Below are positions 1 to 11,873 of a DNA stretch of 54,496 nucleotides, in pieces. Each line of letters opens with the position of its first letter. Within the stretch, counting starts at the first letter, position 1. Made by a program: the position numbers and the translations under genes. This DNA is from Saprolegnia diclina VS20 (lineage: Eukaryota). The DNA lies in contig NW_008246095.1 in the NCBI RefSeq assembly GCF_000281045.1, positions 445,197 to 499,692 on the forward strand, read 5' to 3'. The notes under the pieces are model-generated. The model worked only from the letters and a program-made list of their open reading frames with translations. It did no database searches and was not told the origin of the DNA.

Positions 1-885
1 CGCTTCGTGGATGGTGACCGTCAAGCACATGAGGCCGTAGGGCTTGGGGGCGTCGAAGAGGGCGATGTTGCGAGCGAGCATGCTGCTGGTAGTGTGTTGC
101 TGGGAGGAAGCAGAATGAGTTGTGAGCTCAAAGCTTGTTGCTGGTGCACGGTGAATCTGACAGGATTTGACCGGATCGCGTTTGCTCGTGTTTGGTTGTC
201 ATTGATGGTCATCCGGATACCAAGGTGGCCAATCAGATTGCGAGAAGATATGCGACAGACCAAAACACAACCGCTCGCCGTGTCCGGGTCGTTGTTGAAA
301 TGAGTTATTCAAATTTTACAGATCGAAGATCCTATTTCTAGGGTCGTCCGGCCTCCAACCCAATTTCCGGTAGGCACGAATTTCCGCGTCGCGCTGTGCG
401 CCTTTCAGGGCTTGTTATGCGCTAGCAATGCAAGTAATATGCACAGAATGATCCTCCAGTCTTGAACCAACAAGCAAATATACGGTAGGCATCCTCGCAA
501 TGTCCTTTTGACTATGCGGTAAACATTAGCCAACGCCGATTCACCTTACGAGAGTTCGTCGATTTCACGCAAGTCTCATTGCACGTGACGAGGTACATGC
601 AACGAAGATACGACGCGGCAAGAACACAGCCTCAACTCGAACCTTCTTGACGCCAAAGAATGCCAACCACGCAGAACCGACAACGCACGGCCGAGCAACC
701 AAGGCAAGAGATACTGCATCGCGCCAGTGCCGGGTCAGGATCGCAAGGCGTCGAAGTTCACATTTCCATCGATGTATTTTACCGACTGACATGTGAACCC
801 TTTCGCCGCTCTCAGCACGCCACGTGTACATATATATGAACGTGTACATACAACAGTATTCATTACGGAAAACAATATCTACACA

Positions 886-1815
886 CTAGTTGCCGAGCTC
901 GTGGAGACGCTCGAGACGGTGCTCGGGGTGGTGCTCGCACATGAGCGTGTCGTTCTGGAGCGCGGTCCACGCCTTCTTAAAGTACGGCTTGGCGGCCTCG
1001 TCCTGGCCGAGCTCGTGGAGGTTCTCGGCCATCTCTTCGCAGACGTAGCCGTCGCAGTCGTCGATCGACGCGTACTCGGTCTCGAGCTCGGCGAGGACCT
1101 TGATGGCGTCTTCGTTCTTCTTGGCCGCGCGCAGACCGCGGGCCACCATCCACTTGGCGAGGCGGATGCACTCGGCGTCGCCAATGGCTTTGCGCGCGGC
1201 GAGCGCGGCCTCAAAGTGCGTGACGGCGTCGTCGGCGTGGTTGGTCTCGAGGTAGCTCCAGCCGAGGTTGTCGCCGAGGACCGCGACCCAGCGCGTGGCG
1301 TCCGGGTGCGTCGACTTGGTCGCCATCGCAAACGCGCGCTTGTTCCACGAGATCTTGTCGTTAGGGTCGTTCTGGAGCATCGCGAGGAGGTGCAGCACGT
1401 CCAGCGCGAGGTCCTCGTCCGGGAACGCCGGCACCGACTCGATGAGCGTCCACGCAGTCGCGAGCAGCGGGAGGGCCTTGGCCTTCTCCTTCATGTCGCG
1501 CAGAATGCGCGCGCGCTCGGCGTGGCAGCGGACGCGCACCTCGACCTTGAGCGGGTTGGTCGGTTCGTTCTTGTGCTTGAGGTCGTCGGCGGCGACCTCG
1601 GCTTCGATGGCATCAAGGACGGCGAGGCCCTCGGGGTACTTGGCGCGCTGGAGGTACGTGCGTGCGATCTGGGTCTGGATGCACCAGCGCTCCGTGGCCG
1701 GCATGATGGGGTTCTCCTTGATCATGTCGAGGAAGATGGCCTCCGAGCCCTCGGGGTCCGGAAAGCTCGAGAGCGCGTGGAAGTACGGGTGGTAGATCTT
1801 GGTAAAGTGGTGCAT
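886..1815 (-). CDS. Intronless tetratricopeptide-repeat-like protein (~309 aa) resembling a bacterial TPR family
   Basis: ORF 886..1947. The likely start is ATG 1815 (ccaccATG context, just downstream of an INR/FPR element). Helical TPR-like motifs: TQIART, LGDNLGWSY, AVTHFEAAL, DGYVCEEMAENL, AKPYFKKAW. Confidence 0.85.
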   Translation of the reverse strand: MHHFTKIYHPYFHALSSFPDPEGSEAIFLDMIKENPIMPATERWCIQTQIARTYLQRAKYPEGLAVLDAIEAEVAADDLKHKNEPTNPLKVEVRVRCHAERARILRDMKEKAKALPLLATAWTLIESVPAFPDEDLALDVLHLLAMLQNDPNDKISWNKRAFAMATKSTHPDATRWVAVLGDNLGWSYLETNHADDAVTHFEAALAARKAIGDAECIRLAKWMVARGLRAAKKNEDAIKVLAELETEYASIDDCDGYVCEEMAENLHELGQDEAAKPYFKKAWTALQNDTLMCEHHPEHRLERLHELGN

Positions 1816-1828
1816 GGTGGTGCGAAGG

Positions 1829-1844
1829 CAAATGAAAAGTGAGC
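1829..1844 (-). promoter_or_regulatory. Oomycete INR+FPR core promoter element
   Basis: The minus strand reads GCTCACTTTTCATTTG, close to the oomycete initiator/flanking consensus (GCTCATTYYNNAWTTY), 14 nt upstream of ATG 1815. Confidence 0.7.
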
Positions 1845-2614
1845 AGCCCACCGGACGCCTCCGACGTGCCGAAGTGGGTGACAAAATCCCGCGCGATCTG
1901 GCAACGGTATCTTGTCGTGTTTTTGGCAACTTGAACCAGAATGTCATTTTATTCGGTTCGTTTTATTTGATCGCAAGATTTGTATTGACGCGCGTGATGT
2001 GCAAAGATCCATACAAACCGAAGGTGTGTATTGTATTTGCGATGAGGTGGCGTGCATCCACCTTGAAGTTGCGACTAAAATATTCTCAACACTATCTGAA
2101 TCGCCTTCCAATATCTCAGAGTCGTCTCACGTGATAACGGCGATGTGGACGCCACGGGTTCTATGTCGCCTCGTCCCATAGAACCGGCAGGTGATGCCAC
2201 GGTTTATGAAAGGGCGAGCCGCAATACCATGGCAAGCACTGCGTTGACATCTTGCGAATCTTGGGGCGCTTTTCTATCGCTCAAGACAACATTGACGGAG
2301 GTGGGCAGCTAGGTCGACCCAAGCTGCATGGAATCGCCGCCATATGAGCCGCGATGGTGGCATCCTGTCGCTGCCAGTGGTTGTACTAGTAGGTAATATA
2401 ATGTGCACGCCTATGATAGCCCAAGCTCGCTCGATGCACATCAAGGAGGCAGGCGAGGAGCTGCAGATCATAAAGGACGAGAGACAGGTTTGAGAGTAAG
2501 ATGGGTTGCGACGTTTTTCATATTTAATTTACAACAGCACTTGCCTCTACTATGCTACATTCACACATCAAATAATATACGTGGCACAGGGACGCCACAC
2601 GCGGCAGCTGCCGA

Positions 2615-3136
2615 TCAGCAGCTAAAGATGGCCGCTTGGAGGGCAAACTTTGCGTTCAGCTCGGGCTCGGTCGGTTGCCGCGGCTCGATCATGCGCACCC
2701 GAACGTCGCCGCTGAACGAAACCTTCTTTGTCAGGCGCCGCGGTGGCGAGTCGGTGATGGAGCGCTCGTCGTCGCTCCCTTGTGTCTCGGTCGTCGACGT
2801 CGTCGAGTCGCGCGACGTCTGCAGCTTGTTCTTGGCGTCGAGGGCGAAGAACGCGTTGAGCCACATGGCCCACGCGGTCTTGGAGGTCGCGCAGGCAAAG
2901 ATTTCGCCGTTCTCGATTGTCTGGACCCGGAGACCAAACTGCTGGGCGCTCCACGCGCCGCCGTGCACGACCGTGTACTTGACGGTGCTGTTGGCGTCGC
3001 GCTTGAGGCAGCTGGCGTGGGCGATCGTGAGCGAGCTGCCGTCGAGCGCCCAGTTCTGGAACTTCCACGTCGTGAGGCCGAGCCAGTTCTTGGCCTGCAT
3101 CTCGACGTTGGCGCTGTACTTGAGCGTGGTGGCCAT
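2615..3136 (-). CDS. Small PH-like domain protein (~173 aa) with C-terminal RVxF-type motif
   Basis: ORF 2615..3244, likely start ATG 3136 (MATTLKYS). PH-like pattern: N-terminal W-K..W.L, then FGLRVQT, then C-terminal helix TAWAMWLNAF. KKVSFSGDVRV lies near the C-terminus. Confidence 0.65.
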   Translation of the reverse strand: MATTLKYSANVEMQAKNWLGLTTWKFQNWALDGSSLTIAHASCLKRDANSTVKYTVVHGGAWSAQQFGLRVQTIENGEIFACATSKTAWAMWLNAFFALDAKNKLQTSRDSTTSTTETQGSDDERSITDSPPRRLTKKVSFSGDVRVRMIEPRQPTEPELNAKFALQAAIFSC

Positions 3137-3240
3137 CGCGGAGGAGATTGAGTTGTGCGACTTTCTGTCGTCCTGTGCTGCTCCAAGTTGAAGTCGCGCT
3201 GGCCTTTTTCTTCTGTTTGCAAGCGCTCGATTAATTTCAG

Positions 3241-3276
3241 CCAATCATCGTCAAGTTGCACCATGTGGCAGCCAAT
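3241..3276. promoter_or_regulatory. Pair of CCAAT boxes, 31 bp apart, upstream of the PH-like gene
   Basis: CCAAT at 3241-3245 and 3272-3276, both in an agCCAATca context. Confidence 0.6.
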
Positions 3277-3626
3277 CACGTGCACGCGTCTTGACGGGCA
3301 AATTCCAGAACCTGGTTTTCGGGTTCTTCTTGATGGCTCACTGAAGTCTTCGCGTCGCAGCTGACGAGAGCTGCTGCCACGAGCCGCGACCACATCTGGT
3401 GTCGCACACAAGAGGGTGGAAGTGCTGGGTGGAAGAGAGGCTAAAATTCGAGAAATTCAGCGAGCTCGAGCGCAACTGTTGGCATCATGAGGGTGGACGA
3501 AACCGACCCTTGTCCACCTCTGTCCAAGCTTCGAAGTTCCCAGTTGGTGTTATAGATCAGATGGGCGCGTTATAACGTTGTTCTAGCGGTCGTAACAAGC
3601 AAAGCGGCTAAAAACACGCAAGATCC

Positions 3627-5385
<1,759 letters not shown>

Positions 5386-6333
5386 CGAGGCTTCCACGAG
5401 ATCCAAATGTGCCACCTACCAAAACATCTCAGAGTGATGCAGTGGCTCATTGCGGCAGAGTGAAGAGGAGCGAGAACGCCTGAGGATCACACACGCCCTG
5501 CAGGTCGGGCAGCAGCAGATGTACAGTACCGTAATCGTGGACGACGACTCTTTTTAGCCATTTTCAGACATTAATTGCACTGGGCGAACGATCGCGCCAA
5601 CCACGATCGTTCGCCTAGTGCAATTAATGTCAGGAAGCCTACCTGGGCACTCATGCGGGGGCATGCGATCGGGTCGGCGCAAATGACCACCCGCACATTG
5701 GAAAGTCGACGCCCTCGCACGACACCGACGTCGACACCTTGGCCCGCGTTCTGCCCGACTCGAACGCCGAGAGGAGCTGCGTCTTATTTGCCGCGTCATA
5801 TTCGCCGCGTTTTGGGGGGGGGGTCAGGACTGCGAGACTATTCATCGTACGAGCAGGAAGAATTGAGCCCATGGCGTTGGACGCAGGTGGTGACTACACC
5901 GTGTCGTGCGCGCCGAGCTGTACCGGTACCTGTTGAAGTCCAGTGCGACGGTGGGTGTATTGGCTTGATGGCTTGAGCTCTTGCCGGGCTGTCAGTACTA
6001 GTAGCTGGTGGCATTCGGATCTGTCACTCAATCTTGCCAGGATCACTGGACACCAACGTCAGCGACACTGTCTGCGACTAGCCTCGCAGCTCTCTGACGC
6101 TGAAGCGCCGTTGCTGGGCACTTGCATGTTGTGACTGATCTGGCTGCGCTTGGTTCTTGCGTGGCATGTTGCTGCTACAGCCGTTGCCTATCACACTATA
6201 TTATGTAGAGTAAATAGTGTTCCTTGAGGTCAGCCCGTGTTGCCGTCGTTCAAAAATACCTTGTGGTTTGTATGCAGATCGTTTTGGTGGAAAAAAATTC
6301 GGGCACGGTCGCATTTGTCGACGAGAAACGAAG

Positions 6334-7278
6334 ATGAACAACAACCACCATGTCGGCGACCTCCGGTGCTCGGTCGCCATGTGCCCGAACGCAGCCCACT
6401 CGCATGGCATGTGCGTGGCGCACCTTCCGCGCATGGGCCGCTCCGAGCAGCCGTACTACATGGAGCACAGCAACCCGGGCCTCTCGATGACGCGGCCGAC
6501 GCTGAGCAGCGACTACTCGCGGGCGGACGCGATGTCCTCCAACCAGTGCGGCACGCCGACGTCGACGCACAGCGGCTCAGACAACTCGGAAGGGCACGGC
6601 AACGACTCGAAGCTGCGGCGGGAGCGCAACCGCATTGCGGCGCGCAAGAGCCGTCAGCGCAAGCTCGACAAGATCAACCACTTGGAGAACGAGAAGGGCC
6701 GCCTCGAAGACCACCGCAACAAGCTACTCAACGAGATTCGCCAGCTCGAGAGCCGCATGGAGGGCTCGGTCGCGACGACCAAGAAAATTCTCACCGACTC
6801 GGAGTACGAGGCGCTCCAGCTCGCGCGCACGCGCATCATCGAAGACGTGCACGCCATGTACAATGCGAGCATGATTGAAGAGACGATGAAGTACTTTCGC
6901 GAAGACTCGATCGTGAGCGGGCCGCAAAACTCGGTGCATTTGCGCGGGAAGGACGCCATTGTGCTCGACTACCTCTGCACCGAGTGTCTCTTCAAGAACT
7001 TCCAGATCACGCACACGCGCATCGACTGCGGCGGGCCGCGCAGCCAGCACTTTCGCGTCTACTGGGTCTTTACGGGCACGATCAAGGACACGGGCGAGTG
7101 CATGAACAAGGAGTTCCTCGACCTCTTCCGCAACGTGCTCGACCGCGAAGTGTCGATCGACGGTGTCTCCAACTACTCGTTCTCGGGCGACAAGATTGTG
7201 TACATTCACCGAACGGCCGACCAGGCCAAGTTCCTCTCCAACCTCGTGCGCATGTCGAAGCAAGCGTCCGCGCACTAA
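6334..7278 (+). CDS. bZIP transcription factor with N-terminal CX4CX9CX2H motif and C-terminal SnoaL/NTF2-like domain
   Basis: Basic region RRERNRIAARKSRQRK followed by a Leu heptad (LENEKGRLEDHRNKLLNEIRQLE). The C-terminus (HLRGKDAI...VYWVFTGT...VSIDGVSNYSFSGDKIV) looks like a SnoaL-like fold. Start ATG 6334, intronless. Confidence 0.85.
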   Translation: MNNNHHVGDLRCSVAMCPNAAHSHGMCVAHLPRMGRSEQPYYMEHSNPGLSMTRPTLSSDYSRADAMSSNQCGTPTSTHSGSDNSEGHGNDSKLRRERNRIAARKSRQRKLDKINHLENEKGRLEDHRNKLLNEIRQLESRMEGSVATTKKILTDSEYEALQLARTRIIEDVHAMYNASMIEETMKYFREDSIVSGPQNSVHLRGKDAIVLDYLCTECLFKNFQITHTRIDCGGPRSQHFRVYWVFTGTIKDTGECMNKEFLDLFRNVLDREVSIDGVSNYSFSGDKIVYIHRTADQAKFLSNLVRMSKQASAH

Positions 7279-7349
7279 ATTTGTTTATACCTGTTGCCCT
7301 TGTCTTCTTGTCTTGGCTCAGTAGCACATAGTCGCTTCAGCGCATCGCT

Positions 7350-8075
7350 CTACAACTCTTCCTTCTCCTGCGCTGCGGCTGTCGCCACCGTCACGTCGGG
7401 CACACATTGCATCTTGCCGGAGCGCGCCGGCAGCCCATACATGCTTCGGAGCGTGTCAAAGAGGAGGTGGCAGTCCGGCACCTACGACGCCATGAGCTTC
7501 AGCGTACACGAAACAAGTGATCGTACGCCACGCTGGGCGCAGACGAGGAGCGAGAGCGGCTCGACGCGCTCGATGAATTGCTGCGTGCGGACTACAAGAC
7601 GCCATGATGCTCACACACTGTGCTGCAGGAGCGTACAGGCGCCTGGGAACTCGGCAAAGAGGCGGTCTTCCAGAAGGCCATGGCGGTGAAAGTACGTGAC
7701 CTTTTGGTACCTGGCCCAGCGTTGAGACGTTTGCATGCGAAGAAGACGGAGGTACCAGTGGACGAGGCGGGCGCGGGCGCCATCGACCGCCTTGACGTGC
7801 GCCATGTTGCCGACCGCATACTCCTGCAACGCGCAGGCGGGATGCTCGTGGTTCTCGTGGAAGTCTTCAATTGTCCTAGATTCGCATGAGGCGACGGCGA
7901 CGGCCAAGGCAACGCTGTACTCCCAGGCGGCTTCGATCTCTTGCCGGCCAAACTCGGTGTGGAGCTTGTCGAACGTGTTGAGCTCCTGCGTGAGCTCGAG
8001 GAGCACGACGCTCTTGTAGAAGTAGAGCCCCGTCATGACGAGGTTGAGCAGCGTCAAGAGCAGCATCCAGTTCAT
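7350..8075 (-). CDS. Hypothetical protein with N-terminal hydrophobic segment and C-terminal KEEL (4 short introns)
   Basis: N-terminus MNWMLLLTLLNLVMTGLYFY. Removing GT-AG introns (e.g. 7592-7636) gives a continuous frame ending ...AAAQEKEEL* (TAG at 7350-7352). Confidence 0.65.
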
Positions 8076-8142
8076 CCTCGCGTCTTCTTATCCTCTTGGC
8101 CAACAAGCTGCTGGAAGCCGCGTCCGACATTGCACCCCTCGG

Positions 8143-8179
8143 ATTGGTCAAAACAGCGGACGGCGGCGTCTTTGATTGG
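8143..8179 (-). promoter_or_regulatory. Pair of CCAAT boxes, 32 bp apart
   Basis: ATTGG at 8143-8147 and 8175-8179, ~70-100 nt upstream of ATG 8075. Confidence 0.6.
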
Positions 8180-8280
8180 TCGTAGCTTGTATTTTTATTG
8201 TTACGACGAAATATTGTCATCTAGGAAACCTCGTCTGCTATTTGTGAGCGTTAAAAAAACTACCATAATTATATCGTCGA

Positions 8281-11200
8281 CTAGATCGTGTACTTGCCAT
8301 ACTTGTTGTCCGAGAGGCCGACCTCGAGCGTCTTCTCGTCCAGTATCCGCTGCAGCTCGGCCTTGGCCTGCTGCACCGCGAGGCGCGACGACCCGGTGAT
8401 CGACAAGTAGAGCTTGCGCTCGCCCAGCTGCGGCTTGCGGCCGGCGGGCAAGTACGTGCCGCGGCAAATCACCGACGCGCCCGTCATGTCGGCGACAATG
8501 TCCGACGCCTCCTTCTGCACGACCTTGTAGCGCGCCTGCTGCGGGTAGTCGTTGATCTCGAGCTCCTCGTGAAAATGCGTCGTCTCCTTGAGCGACAACG
8601 TCCCTTCCTTGATCGCCTGGAGACGCTCAATGACGAGGCGCGCCTTGTCAATCCCGGTCGCCGTACGCGTCGACAAGGCCGATGCATCGTCGTTCGACCC
8701 CGAGGCTTGGGCCTTGGCCGAACTCTCGTCGTCGTCGTCGTCCCGACCGTCATTGTCCTATGGTATGACACCCGAGTCAAGACATCTTCGCAGCCGAGAA
8801 GACACATACCGTTGCGTCTATCATGCCCTGGTCAATCTCATAATGGCGGCGCTGGGCGTCCGCCGCGCGCTGGGCCTCCGACTTTTCCGTCGCGTCAAAC
8901 GTAAAGCCCGAGCCGCCAAAGCCGCTGCCATGGTACCGCGCCAGACCATTCTTGACCTAATGCCATGGAACGTGATGCGTTCGTTGCGATAAGCGTGGGG
9001 TCTACCTTCTCCTTGAAGCCGTCGGCAAGTGCAATCAGCTCGGGTGGTACTGCTTGCTTGGCCGTCTCGAGCGCCTTGACCAAATCCGGGGCATACTCGT
9101 CCTCCTACGAAAATCGGTCCATCGCACTCCATGGTAGTCATCGTCGTGTACCTGGGGCGAAATGAACGTGTATGCGGTGCCCTTGCGCCCGGCACGGCCC
9201 GTGCGGCCGACGCGGTGCACGTAATCTTCAATGTGGTTGGGGCAATGGTAGTTGATGACGAGCACGAGGTCCTTGACATCGAGACCGCGACCGGCCACCG
9301 ACGTGGCCACCATGAGCGTGCGCACCTTGCGCTTGAAGTCGTCGACCGTGTAGTCGCGATCGACTTGGTCCTTCCCGCCGTGGAGCGAGAGCGCGGGATA
9401 CCCGGCCTTCATAAGGTCTTGAAACACCGTGTCGCACGCTTGCTGCGTGTTGACAAACACGAGCACGTTGCCCTTTTCGTACCAGACCCCGAGGAGCTGG
9501 AGGAGGCGCATAAACTTGTCGTGCTCTTCGCGGACCTCGGCGTACTGCGTAATGTCGCCCGACGCGGTGCTGCGCGCGCCGACCGTAATCTCAATCGGCT
9601 TTTTGAGCACTTTGCGCGCGAGCGTCTCGACGGCGCGGGGAAACGTCGCTGAAAAGAGCAGCGTCTGGCGGTCGTTGCGAATGTTCATCATGATCTTGGT
9701 GATCTGCGGCTCAAACCCCATGTCAAACATGCGGTCGGCCTCGTCAAGCACAACGTACGTCACGCGCTTGAGCGACACCATCTTGCCCGCGCTCATGCAG
9801 AGAATGTCAATCATGCGCCCGGGCGTGCAAATGACGATGTCCGAGCCGCGCTTCAAGTTGGCAATCTGCTCCGAGACCGACGAGCCGCCATAGACCGCTG
9901 TCGAGCGCAGCCCGAGGTCCTTCGTAAACTTCTTCGACTCGAGGTAGATCTGCTGCACGAGCTCGCGCGCCGGCGCCATAATGAGCCCGATCGGGCCCTC
10001 GCCGTCGGCCAAGGGCGGCTGGTCGAGAATATGCCGAAACATCGGCAGTAGAAACGCCAGCGTCTTGCCTGAGCCCGTCTTGGCGATGCCAATGACGTCA
10101 CGGCCCGACATAATGGCGGGCAACGCTTGGCACTGGATCGCAAACGGCGCTTCGTACGCCTGGCGCGTAATGAGCTTGAGGAGGCGCCCGCTGAGGCCGG
10201 CTTGCGTCCACTTGAGGATCGGGCGCGGGCAGTTCTTGCCGCGGATCTTGATCTCGAGGTCCTTGTGCACGTCGTTGATCTCGTCCGGCGTCATATTGGC
10301 GATTTCTTGCGGCTCAATGTAAAACTTCTTGCGAAACGCAATGTAGTCGACCTGCGCGTGATCCACGGGCTTGATGTCCTTGCGCTTTTGCTGCTCTTGG
10401 AGAATCTCGAGCGCCGTCCGCGTGTCTTCATCTTCCATCTCTTCGCCAATCGCGTCTTCCTCGGTACCTTGGTAGATGCGCCCCGTCTCCGTCTTCTTGA
10501 CCTCGAGCGGCGGCTCGTCGTCGTCGGCCTTGAGGAGTACGCCAGTGGTCATCGCCTTCTCTTCTTGCGCGCGCTTGGTCTTGATCGCGCGCATAAACTC
10601 TTCGAGCTCGCGCTTCTCGCGGGCGTCGCGCTCGGCGTCCGTCTCGACGAGCGGCTCCATCGGTCCTTCGGCCGTCGGCTTGACTGTGTTCGACTCGGTC
10701 GGCAAGAACGAGCCGTAAAAGTCGAGCCGTGGCCCCGACGTCGACATGATGTCTTCGAGCGAGATGACTTTTGGAGCGCCCTGTAACGGAAGCGACTGCT
10801 GCTCGATTGTATGCTCTTCGTTCGTGAGTTCGGCCATGAACGCATCGAGCGGGTCGATCTTGGTCTCTTGGTGCATCTTGGCCTTGTCGTCTTCAAGCTC
10901 CTTCTCCTCCTTCTCGTCCATGGGCCAAATGTGCACTTGCTTGACTTCGTCGTCGTCCTCGACGAGGAACCCCGTGTTGACGACAATCGGGGCTGGCACA
11001 ACGCTCGGGGCGATCGTCTTGGGCTCGGCCTCTTCATTCTTTTGGAGCTGCTGCTGCTGCTCGCGCCACAGTCGGAGGCGCTCGAGGCGCTTCTCCTTCT
11101 CCGCCTCTTCGAGCGCAGCCTTGTCTTCTTTGGCCGATTTCACCTCGCTTCGCGCAGACTTTTTCTTGTCTTTGAGCGCGAGGCCACCAAACAACGTGGG

Positions 11201-11563
11201 TCCCTTGGCCGGCTCGCGCGCCGGCGAGGTCTTCTCCGCCGTCGTCGCCGCCAATGGCTTGGCCACATCCGCATCGCGCTTCTCCGCCACGTCCTTCTTT
11301 TTCCGCGGCGGCTCGGGCGACCGCGAGTGTGACGTCTTGCGCTTCTTTTCCCGGTGGCTCTTGTCGCGGCTGCGGGATCGATCCCGGGACCGATCGCGGG
11401 TCCGGCTGCGGCTCCGCCGGCGCTCCTTCTTCTCGCGGCCGCGCTCATGGCTTCGGCTTCGCTTCCTGCTGCTGCGCTTGTGGCGGTCGTCCCTGCTGCG
11501 GCTGCGCCGGCTGCTCTTCCGCGACGACGACTCCCTCGGGCGGTCCTTCTTGCTGTCTCCCAT
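8281..11563 (-). CDS. DDX46: DEAD-box RNA helicase Prp5/DDX46
   Basis: RS-rich N-terminus, DPLDAFM motif, AKTGSGKT, DEADRMFDMGFEPQ, SAT, HRVGRTGRAG, and a C-terminal KH-like segment EELEINDYPQQARYKV...GERKLYL. Three short 3' introns, start ATG 11563. Confidence 0.95.
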
Positions 11564-11873
11564 CGCGCAACTTGCCAACTGCTGAAAAATATACGCGAAT
11601 TTTAATATTATGTTCACCCCACACACATTTCTACCAATCAAATCGCAGCCCCACGCTCGGTTCGATTTCGGCCATGCCAAGATCGCATGCCCCTGCGCCA
11701 TGACAGGTGACGACCACGACGACCGCCATGGCCGGCGACGACCTCGCCGACGCCACGCACCCATGCCAGCGCCGAGGCCAGCGCGGTGGCCCTTTTACCG
11801 CCATCCGCTCGTGGCGCCGTCGACGACGTCGGTGCAGTGTCTTGACGCATCCATATAGTAGTATTGTACATAC

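Noticed and set aside
793..1842. 349-aa plus-strand ORF, and similar long antisense ORFs such as 22471..24858, 14096..15157 and 44227..45201
   Set aside because: These are mirror frames of real minus-strand genes. High-GC3 codon bias removes stops on the antisense strand, and the translations show no motifs.
5400..6300. Intergenic region with a G10 run (5814-5824 area) and short ORFs
   Set aside because: A single G-run is not a G-quadruplex pattern and the ORFs lack motifs. This is probably upstream regulatory DNA of the bZIP gene.
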